DNA from: Paludibacteraceae bacterium
Lineage (GTDB): Bacteria; Bacteroidota; Bacteroidia; Bacteroidales; Paludibacteraceae
Direction of reading: 5' to 3'
DNA: 64,000 nucleotides
Assembly (NCBI GenBank): GCA_905235505.1
Contig: CAJOMJ010000003.1
Span: forward strand, 104-64,103
The notes under the pieces: generated by a model
Told to the model about the DNA's origin: nothing
The model's input: the letters and a program-made list of their open reading frames with translations, nothing else
Databases searched by the model: none
In this document: one piece after another, positions 16,186 through 23,820 of the stretch
Layout: every line of letters starts with the position of its first letter
Position numbering within the stretch: the stretch's first letter is position 1
Program-made: the position numbers and the translations under genes

Positions 16186-17547
16186 ATGAAGGCGCAAACT
16201 GTCTATATCTGTCAAAACTGCGGAGCAAAAGCGCCCAAACTTCTTGGGCGCTGCCCGCAGTGCGGCGAATGGGGCACGTATATCGAAGATGTGGTTGAAA
16301 CACCGCAGAAAGGTAAAGCCTTGCGCTCAACCAACCTCTCATCCGCCTCTGCACAACTCATCTCTCAGATACCAACCACTGCCGAACAGCGGATAGATAT
16401 GCACAACGCCGAACTCAACCGTGTGCTCGGAGGTGGTCTCGTGCCGGGCAGTCTCGTTCTCATTGGAGGTGAACCCGGCATAGGCAAATCCACTCTCGCT
16501 CTGCAGGTACTCATGCAGATGGGAGAAACGAAGACCCTCTATGCTTCCGGCGAAGAGAGTCAGAAGCAGCTGCGTCTCCGTGCCGACAGGCTCGCAGGCA
16601 AACCCGACAACCTCTACATCCTGAGCGAGACAAGCCTTGAGAAGATTCTCGATACTGTCAAAACCCTGCAACCCGAGATTGTCGTTATCGACTCTATTCA
16701 GACCATCGCACTCGAGTCGCTCGAAAGCACTACCGGCAGTATCACACAGGTAAGAGAATGTGCCGCCGAGATAATGCGCGTGGCTAAGCAGACTAATATA
16801 CCCTTCATCATCGTCGGACATATCAACAAAGAAGGTAGTCTCGCCGGACCGAAAGTACTTGAACATATCGTTGATACCGTGCTTCAGTTCGAAGGCGACC
16901 AACACTATATGTACAGAATCCTGCGCGCACAGAAAAACCGCTTCGGCTCAACCTCCGAACTGGGCATATTCGAGATGCGGCAGGACGGTCTGAGGGAAGT
17001 GAGCAACCCCAGCGAGCTGCTACTCAGCCATAACCATCAAGACTTGTCCGGCATAGCAATCGCCTCCGCCATAGAGGGCGTACGACCCTTTCTTATCGAA
17101 GTGCAGGCTCTCGTCTCCACTGCTGCATACGGCACCCCCCAACGCTCAAGCAACGGCTTCGACTCCCGACGGCTTAACATGCTGCTTGCCGTACTTGAGA
17201 AACGTGTCGGCTTCCGGCTCCCGCAGAAAGACGTGTTCCTCAATATAGCAGGAGGTCTGCGCGTCAACGACCCTGCCATCGACCTTGCCGTACTCGCCGC
17301 AGTACTCTCATCTAACATGGATATCGCTATCGAAGACGGTATCTGCCTTACTGGTGAAGTCGGACTCGCCGGCGAACTCAGACCAGTGAACCGTATAGAA
17401 CAGCGTATCTTGGAGGCGCAGAAGTTGGGGTTCAAGAAGATTATCATACCCGAAGGACAGAAATACCAACTCTCGCAACCACAAATACAAATCATACCCG
17501 TCAGAAAAGTATCTGAAGCCTTCCGTGAACTAATAATAAAGAAGTAA
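16186..17547 (+). CDS. radA: DNA repair protein RadA/Sms
   Basis: 453 aa. N-terminal zinc ribbon CQNCGAKAPKLLGRCPQCGEW, Walker A GGEPGIGKST, KNRFG motif, Lon-like C-terminus. Confidence 0.9.
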   Translation: MKAQTVYICQNCGAKAPKLLGRCPQCGEWGTYIEDVVETPQKGKALRSTNLSSASAQLISQIPTTAEQRIDMHNAELNRVLGGGLVPGSLVLIGGEPGIGKSTLALQVLMQMGETKTLYASGEESQKQLRLRADRLAGKPDNLYILSETSLEKILDTVKTLQPEIVVIDSIQTIALESLESTTGSITQVRECAAEIMRVAKQTNIPFIIVGHINKEGSLAGPKVLEHIVDTVLQFEGDQHYMYRILRAQKNRFGSTSELGIFEMRQDGLREVSNPSELLLSHNHQDLSGIAIASAIEGVRPFLIEVQALVSTAAYGTPQRSSNGFDSRRLNMLLAVLEKRVGFRLPQKDVFLNIAGGLRVNDPAIDLAVLAAVLSSNMDIAIEDGICLTGEVGLAGELRPVNRIEQRILEAQKLGFKKIIIPEGQKYQLSQPQIQIIPVRKVSEAFRELIIKK

Positions 17548-17642
17548 CAAGGCAGTAACTAAGAAAGAAAAAAAAACTAAGAAGTAATAAAGAAGTAGCA
17601 AGGGCATACTCATTCTGTACAACCGTAATATGTAAAAATAGC

Positions 17643-17680
17643 AGACGCTATACTCTCTTCGTCAGAGTATAGCGTCTTTC
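17643..17680. terminator. Strong hairpin between convergent genes (candidate bidirectional terminator)
   Basis: agacgctatactct-cttcgtc-agagtatagcgtct (14-bp stem) followed by TTTC. Confidence 0.6.
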
Positions 17681-17709
17681 GCATAATCACACCTCTCCGG
17701 ATGGTTAAC

Positions 17710-18819
17710 TTACAGTTCTGCACCGAGAACATTGAAAGTCTTGCCGTCGCGGATGATGAACAACCGACCGTCTTTGATGAACTTACGGGTGTTCTTTCTA
17801 TCGCCGGCAACAACTGCTTCAATGGCAGAGTTTTCAGGACAATCTGCGATATTGATAGCATAATGTCCTTCACCGTTCGTTGCAGTGCCAATCTCAAAAC
17901 AAGCATCTTCGGAGACACTGAATGCCTGGCTCTGCTCAGTACCTTCGCCGTTATTAACGATGAGGTCTGCATCAACCTTAACAGTAAAGCCATACCAACC
18001 GTCACCAAGGTCTTCCATTGCTACACCTGGCCACGCTTCGAATTGTGCCATAAAGGTAGCATCAGCACTATTCCATGCCCAGATGCTCATGGAGTTCCAT
18101 GAATCCAATTTGCGCACTTTAATAACTGCATCATTAATATGCTGCGGTTCGGGATCGCCTTCGGTAACACCCTGAGCCGTTACCACAAGCTTGTAGTCGC
18201 GTGCCTCGGTGATGTCAAAATCCCTGCGTTCGTCGCCCGGTTTGCCTTGACCTACGTTGTTATGGAAGATGAGATGGAGTTCCACTTCGCCGTCAGCAGC
18301 TTGGAAATCAAGAGACAATTGGTCCGAGCCGGGCCAACCCCCAAAGGCTTCACTGCTACCCCATGCATAGGTGTAGAAAGCATCCCAGCCGGTGTTGTTG
18401 GTCACAGTAAGATGATGCGTGGTGTACACTACAGGAGGAGCCGGTGTATAAGTCTCCCATGTAGCCTCTGCAGAGTTCTGCTCAAAAGCAGTCACATAGT
18501 TGCCTTCGGCAGGAATGGCGATGTCGCCGGTTGCATTCCACGCAGGTTGTTCAGCAGTCTCGGCACGCTCGAAGCGGATAACGGAGTAATCACCTGCCGG
18601 GATGGTGAAGGAGTAGATAGCATGGCCGGCATCTTCAATCTCGCCGATAACCGTTGTCTCACTACTGTTCAACACTGCGCGTTGTGCGCAGTTGTCATTG
18701 GTCCACCAAGAAACAGCGTTGGCTTTCAGATAGATTTTCTCTGTGCCGTCAAACGTACGGGCGAAAGAGAACGAACAAGCAGCTATAACTGCAAGCAAAG
18801 TAACGTAAATCTTTTTCAT
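17710..18819 (-). CDS. Secreted protein with two CBM25/26-like (putative alpha-glucan-binding) modules and the conserved C-terminal tail
   Basis: 369 aa with a signal peptide. Module signatures are FYTYAWGSSEAFGGWPGSDQ..LIFHNN and SIWAWNSADATFMAQFEAWPGVAMEDLGDGWYGF..LIVNNGEGTEQS. The tail is KFIKDGRLFIIRDGKTFNVLGAEL. Confidence 0.6.
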   Translation of the reverse strand: MKKIYVTLLAVIAACSFSFARTFDGTEKIYLKANAVSWWTNDNCAQRAVLNSSETTVIGEIEDAGHAIYSFTIPAGDYSVIRFERAETAEQPAWNATGDIAIPAEGNYVTAFEQNSAEATWETYTPAPPVVYTTHHLTVTNNTGWDAFYTYAWGSSEAFGGWPGSDQLSLDFQAADGEVELHLIFHNNVGQGKPGDERRDFDITEARDYKLVVTAQGVTEGDPEPQHINDAVIKVRKLDSWNSMSIWAWNSADATFMAQFEAWPGVAMEDLGDGWYGFTVKVDADLIVNNGEGTEQSQAFSVSEDACFEIGTATNGEGHYAINIADCPENSAIEAVVAGDRKNTRKFIKDGRLFIIRDGKTFNVLGAEL

Positions 18820-18981
18820 TGTTTTGTGTTTTTTTAGCGTTAATTAAATATGTTTATATATCTTATAATCATAGGGTTCAACTACTTACTTTATAGAGGC
18901 GGCCGAGTGCAACTCGCAAGTGCAAGCAATGAATATACCTTCACAAGAACCCGCCTTCCACTCTTGTAATCTTTCCCGCCG

Positions 18982-18989
18982 CAAAGATA
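18982..18989 (-). promoter_or_regulatory. -7 box (TAtcTTTG on the minus strand) for the CBM-like protein gene
   Basis: The plus strand reads caaagata, 163 nt upstream of the start at 18819. Confidence 0.4.
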
Positions 18990-19208
18990 ACACATATTAC
19001 TGAATTACAAAAATAAAATTGCACATCACACATCATTTTATGCATTTTGTCTCTTTTCTTATTAAATCATAACTTATCCCCTGCACCTCGTATATCTTTT
19101 CACACCAAGCAGGAGAGCTCACACTCTCCTGCTCGTTGAGGCACTGCTTCGTAATGCCTCCTTTTCTTCAATGTGGCAGTCTCATAAAAACCCTACCACA
19201 CCGCTCTC

Positions 19209-21266
19209 TCACATCATCTCCACGCTTCGCTTCACGAACTCTGCCAGACCCTCGCCTTTCAGCATTCCGCTTGCAAGCAAGGCGATATCAATCAGTTGGC
19301 TCAGACGCTTGTTGTCTGCGGCTACCTCCTCATATATCTGCCTTATCTGGTTCTTCAAGCCTGCCACCTCCTCGGTTATTGCCGATGCTGCATCTTTCTG
19401 CTCTTCTGTCAGGTCTTCCGGTTTGATGTCCTTCTGTTCTTCCTGAAGGCGTGCTTCTTCTGCCTGCTTTGCTTTCAGTTGCTCCTCTATCGGTGCCACT
19501 TTCTCTGCGGCTGCTGCTACAAGCTCATCTGCCAATGAGGCGACAAGCGGGTGTGCCGTATTCACAACCATAGTGTATTGGTCGGGCATCTCTCCGTAGA
19601 ACGACATGCCTTGCTGGTGCTGCGACATCTCCTTCATTCGGCGCATCCACTCGTTCTGCGTCAGGAATACAGGCAGTGCCTCGGCACTCACACTCTCCAA
19701 ACTTACATTATAGTTCACCTTCTCGCCGTCAGGCACTTTTGCCTCAAACGAGTACTGCAAAGCGTTCTCTGCACTCTCCGAAAGCGAGATCTTCTCCTTC
19801 TCGTCATCTTTCCGTATCAGGTTCTCTATCACGTCGGAGTCAACCCTTACAAACCTCATCTTCTCGTTCTTCTGCTCTGCCTGCGAGATGTAATGCACGT
19901 CAAGCTCGCCGTTCATCAGCAGCACATCGTAGCCCTTCTCCTTTGCCCTCTGTATATAGGTGTAAGATGAGTCGGGGTCTTGAGTGTATAGCACTACCAA
20001 GTCGCCGTTCTTGTCCGTCTGCTGCTCCTTGATCTGCTCTTTGTACTCCTCTATCGTATAGAACTTATGCTCTATGTTCTCGAAAAGAGCAAAGCCGACT
20101 GCACGCTCGTAAAACTTCTCGTCCGACAGCATGCCAAACTGGATAAACAGTTTTATGTCGTCCCATTTCTTTTCGAAGTCTTCTCTCTCTTTCTTGAATA
20201 TCTCTGCCAACTTGTCTGCCACCTTCTTCGTGATATGGTTGCTTATCTTCTTTACTGCGGCATCGCTCTGCAGGTAACTTCTGCTCACATTTAGCGGTAT
20301 ATCAGGCGAGTCTATCACTCCGTGAAGCAGTGTCAGATACTCTGGCACTATGTTCTCCACCTCGTCTGTAACATACACTTGGTTGCAATACAACTGTATC
20401 TTGTTGCGGCGTACATCTAAGTTGTTCTTTATCTTCGGGAAATACAATATACCTGTCAGGTGGAACGGATAATCCACATTCAGGTGTATGTGGAACAGCG
20501 GCTCGTCAAACTGCATCGGATACAACTCGTGATAGAACTTCTTGTAGTCTTCCTCTGTCAGTTCCGAAGGCTTCCTTGTCCAGGCAGGGTTGATGTCATT
20601 GATGATGTTGTCTTCCTCTGTCTCCACTTCTCTGCCGTCTTTCCACTCTTTCTTCTTGCCGAACACTATCTCTACCGGCAGGAACTTGCAGTATTTGGTC
20701 AGCAACTCTTGGATTCTCGCGTCCTCAAGAAATTCCTTGTTATCCTTGTCTATATGAAGCACAATGTCTGTTCCGCGCTCTGCCTTGATTGTATCCTCCA
20801 TCTCATATACCGGACTGCCGTCGCAACTCCAGTGGACTGCCTTTGCGTCCTCCTGATAACTCTGCGAGTATATCTCCACCTTGCTCGATACCATGAATGC
20901 CGAATAGAATCCCAAGCCAAAATGGCCGATTATTGCTGCCGCATCGTCCTTATACTTGGCAAGAAACTCCTCCGCACCCGAGAATGCTATCTGGTTGATG
21001 TATTTGTCCACTTCCTCGGCGGTCATACCTATACCATGGTCACTCACGGTCAGTGTATTTCTCTTCTTGTCTATCGTAACGCGCACACGCATGTCACCCA
21101 ACTCTCCCTTTGCCTCACCTACCGAAGCAAGAGTCCTGAGTTTCTGAGTTGCATCAACTGCGTTACTTACCAGTTCTCTGAGAAATATCTCATGGTCAGA
21201 GTACAAAAACTTTTTAATCACGGGGAAGATGTTATCACTCGTTACCCCAATATTACCTTGTGCCAT
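19209..21266 (-). CDS. htpG: Molecular chaperone HtpG (Hsp90)
   Basis: 685 aa. N-terminal ATPase motifs LRELVSNAVDA and HFGLGFYSAFMV. Confidence 0.95.
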   Translation of the reverse strand: MAQGNIGVTSDNIFPVIKKFLYSDHEIFLRELVSNAVDATQKLRTLASVGEAKGELGDMRVRVTIDKKRNTLTVSDHGIGMTAEEVDKYINQIAFSGAEEFLAKYKDDAAAIIGHFGLGFYSAFMVSSKVEIYSQSYQEDAKAVHWSCDGSPVYEMEDTIKAERGTDIVLHIDKDNKEFLEDARIQELLTKYCKFLPVEIVFGKKKEWKDGREVETEEDNIINDINPAWTRKPSELTEEDYKKFYHELYPMQFDEPLFHIHLNVDYPFHLTGILYFPKIKNNLDVRRNKIQLYCNQVYVTDEVENIVPEYLTLLHGVIDSPDIPLNVSRSYLQSDAAVKKISNHITKKVADKLAEIFKKEREDFEKKWDDIKLFIQFGMLSDEKFYERAVGFALFENIEHKFYTIEEYKEQIKEQQTDKNGDLVVLYTQDPDSSYTYIQRAKEKGYDVLLMNGELDVHYISQAEQKNEKMRFVRVDSDVIENLIRKDDEKEKISLSESAENALQYSFEAKVPDGEKVNYNVSLESVSAEALPVFLTQNEWMRRMKEMSQHQQGMSFYGEMPDQYTMVVNTAHPLVASLADELVAAAAEKVAPIEEQLKAKQAEEARLQEEQKDIKPEDLTEEQKDAASAITEEVAGLKNQIRQIYEEVAADNKRLSQLIDIALLASGMLKGEGLAEFVKRSVEMM

Positions 21267-21288
21267 AATTTTGATATATATATTTTTG

Positions 21289-21329
21289 TTTAATTTATTT
21301 CCCTTTCCCCTTTAATTTATTTCCCTTTC
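21289..21329 (-). repeat. 22-bp-period direct repeat (2 x tttaatttatttccctttc) in the htpG 5' leader
   Basis: Identical 19-mers at 21289-21307 and 21311-21329. In the mRNA sense they read GAAAGGGAAAUAAAUUAAA twice, 23-63 nt upstream of the AUG. Confidence 0.9.
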
Positions 21330-21484
21330 TCCCCCGCACCGTCGATTTACCGCTTTCTCGGTATCTCGAATTCTCGGTCTCACCTGACCATCGTCACACC
21401 TTCTCTTTTCAACTCCCGTGCCAACTTTTCCCACCTGCCATTTTGGCAGTCTTACACCTGTCCTGAACTCGCCCTGAAACGAAA

Positions 21485-21542
21485 TTACGTAAAAAAGACG
21501 TAAACGAGACGTAAACGACACGTAAACGGGACGTAAACGAAA
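21485..21542. repeat. Five ACGTAAA(C) motifs spaced exactly 11 bp apart, upstream of htpG
   Basis: ACGTAAA starts at 21487, 21498, 21509, 21520 and 21531. The first copy is embedded in the palindrome TTACGTAA. Confidence 0.95.
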
Positions 21543-21632
21543 CATCGCTCTTCACTACCCTCCTGCCTGCTCTCCCATCACCCTTTCCGCACCCCTTTTC
21601 TTTTCTTTCTTGCACCTATTAAATCTTTTTTG

Positions 21633-21640
21633 TAACTTTG
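21633..21640 (+). promoter_or_regulatory. -7 box (TAacTTTG) upstream of the PPIase gene
   Basis: TAnnTTTG match 143 nt upstream of the ATG at 21783. Confidence 0.45.
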
Positions 21641-21782
21641 CGCCCACTTATGTGCATCCCGCAGATAACTTGTCAAGTTTGACTGACCGACCAGACTCTC
21701 AAAACCTCCCTACCCCCGCATACCTGTCAAACTTCGCATAACTCTCCAACCTCCCGAACTTATAACATAACTACATACAAAC

Positions 21783-23786
21783 ATGAAAAAAAACCTTTTT
21801 CTCTTCGCAGCAATCTTGTTCGCTGCATCTGTGTCTGCTGAGGTCGATCCTAACACCGTCCTCATGACCGTCAACGGAGAACCCTCCACCGTAGGAGAGT
21901 TCCTCTATATCTATCAGAAAAACAATCAGGAAGCACAAGTTGACCAGAAGAGTATCGACGAATATGTGGAACTCTTCACCAACTTCAAACTCAAAGTAGC
22001 CGCTGCCAAAGAGGCAGGTATCGACACCACAGAGGCATTCCGCAAAGAACTTGATGGCTACCGCCGTCAAGCCACTCCTAAGTATATGACTGACCCGCAG
22101 AGTGAAGAAGCTGTCATTCAGAAAGCCTATGGGCGTATGCTCAACGACCGCCGTGTCAGCCATATAGCCGTCCGCTTCTCCGAAGATGCTTCCAATAACG
22201 CTGAGCGCGAAGAAGCACTACGTAAAATAAACCTTATCAGGCAGCGCGTAACCACAGGCATTACCGTAACCACCGGCAAAGGCAAAAAGCAAAAAACCGT
22301 TCAGATGCCTCCCGAAGACTTCAACCAAGTCGCTCTCGAAGTCTCCGAAGACCCGGGCGTGGCTGAAAACCTCGGTCACATCGGCTTTGTAAGACCCTTC
22401 CGCTTCGTCTTCCCCTTCGAAGAAGCTACCTACAACACCCCCGTCGGAGAAGTAAGCGAAGTCTTCCAGACTCCCTTCGGATTCCATATACTCAAGGTGG
22501 AAGAAGAACTGCCGCACCTCGAAGTACAGGCTGCTCACATCATGAAGATGACTCCGCGGGGTAACGACTCCGTCGAGATAGTTGCCAAACAGCAGATCGA
22601 CTCCATCTACCAACTCCTTCTCAATGGTGCCGACTTCGCCCAGACAGCCATTCAAAACTCCGAAGACCGCGGCTCCGCCATTCGTGGAGGTGACCTCGGC
22701 TTCTTCTCGCGAGGACAGATGGTTCCAGAGTTTGAGAATACGGCATTCTCTATGACAGAGCCTGGCGAAATCAGCGCACCCTTCAAATCACAATACGGCT
22801 GGCATATCATCAAACGTGGCGAGACACGCGGCACACCCGACCTCGCCGAGATACGGGAGGATGTCAAGAAAAACATCAACCGCTCCGAATACCGTCAGCT
22901 CGTTAACGAAGGTTTTATTGCCAAGCTTCGTAAAGAGTACGGCGTAACCGACTATCCGCAGGCTCTCCAGGCTCTCACCGATGCTTGGGTCGCTGCACAG
23001 GCTAAAGACTCTGTCTTCCGTGCTTCTACCGCCGCTATGTTCGAACCTCTCTGCCTCATCAACGGCAAACAGTATAATCAGCACGACCTCGTTGAATACA
23101 TCAAGCAGAATTCTTTTGCTACCACCAAAGACATCAATCTTTATATTCCCGAGAAGTATAATATGTTCATCGAGAAAGAACTCCGTGCCATCGAAGACTC
23201 CAACCTCGAGAACAAATATCCTGACCTCAAGAATCTCATGACCGAGTACCACGACGGTATCCTCCTCTTCGAAATCTCTCTTCGTGAGGTGTGGGACAAG
23301 GCAACGATAGATACTGCCGGCATCACCGAGTTCTTCAACAAGAACAAGAAAAACTACAAGTGGGATTCGCCCCGCTTCAAAGGAGCCGTCATCTACGCCA
23401 AAGACAAGAAAACGGCAAAGGCCGCTCAGCAGATTCTGAAGTCTGCCAACCCCGATTCTGTCGCTTCTTATATCAACAACCGACTCAATACCGACTCTGT
23501 CAAGAGTGTCCGCTACGAGCGCGGCATCTTCAAGAAGGGTGACAACAAGGCTATCGACCGCCTCGCTTTCAAAGTTAAAGACAACAACTATACCCCCTCC
23601 GAAGAACTGCCCGTTGAAGTACTTGTCGGCAAGAAAATCAAAGCACCGCAGGAATATTCCGACGAGCGCGGTCGTGTAACATCCGACTATCAGGACTACC
23701 TCGAGCAGCAGTGGGTTAAACTTCTCCGCGAGAAATACCCTGTTGTAATCAATCAGGACGTTCTCGAGGCTGTAAAGAAACAGTAA
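21783..23786 (+). CDS. Periplasmic peptidyl-prolyl cis-trans isomerase with two parvulin domains (SurA/PpiD-like)
   Basis: 667 aa with a signal peptide. Parvulin signatures are FGFHILKV and YGWHIIKR, with GGDLGFF. Confidence 0.8.
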   Translation: MKKNLFLFAAILFAASVSAEVDPNTVLMTVNGEPSTVGEFLYIYQKNNQEAQVDQKSIDEYVELFTNFKLKVAAAKEAGIDTTEAFRKELDGYRRQATPKYMTDPQSEEAVIQKAYGRMLNDRRVSHIAVRFSEDASNNAEREEALRKINLIRQRVTTGITVTTGKGKKQKTVQMPPEDFNQVALEVSEDPGVAENLGHIGFVRPFRFVFPFEEATYNTPVGEVSEVFQTPFGFHILKVEEELPHLEVQAAHIMKMTPRGNDSVEIVAKQQIDSIYQLLLNGADFAQTAIQNSEDRGSAIRGGDLGFFSRGQMVPEFENTAFSMTEPGEISAPFKSQYGWHIIKRGETRGTPDLAEIREDVKKNINRSEYRQLVNEGFIAKLRKEYGVTDYPQALQALTDAWVAAQAKDSVFRASTAAMFEPLCLINGKQYNQHDLVEYIKQNSFATTKDINLYIPEKYNMFIEKELRAIEDSNLENKYPDLKNLMTEYHDGILLFEISLREVWDKATIDTAGITEFFNKNKKNYKWDSPRFKGAVIYAKDKKTAKAAQQILKSANPDSVASYINNRLNTDSVKSVRYERGIFKKGDNKAIDRLAFKVKDNNYTPSEELPVEVLVGKKIKAPQEYSDERGRVTSDYQDYLEQQWVKLLREKYPVVINQDVLEAVKKQ

Positions 23787-23820
23787 AACATCTCGTCTTC
23801 TGAAGAACTGGAAGTTCATA

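Noticed and set aside
19107-19160. Two hairpins downstream of htpG (agcaggagag..ctctcctgct and gaggca..tgcctc) as its intrinsic terminator
   Set aside because: Neither is followed by a U-tract on the htpG (minus) strand; the T-run follows the second hairpin on the plus strand only. Termination here is plausible but not supportable from sequence alone, so it was not annotated.
21312-21615. ORFs of 77 and 68 aa on the minus strand in the htpG-PPIase intergenic region
   Set aside because: Their reading frames are generated by the 11-bp ACGTAAAC tandem array, which translates to a repetitive TSRLR/VYVSF peptide. There is no start-codon context or domain.
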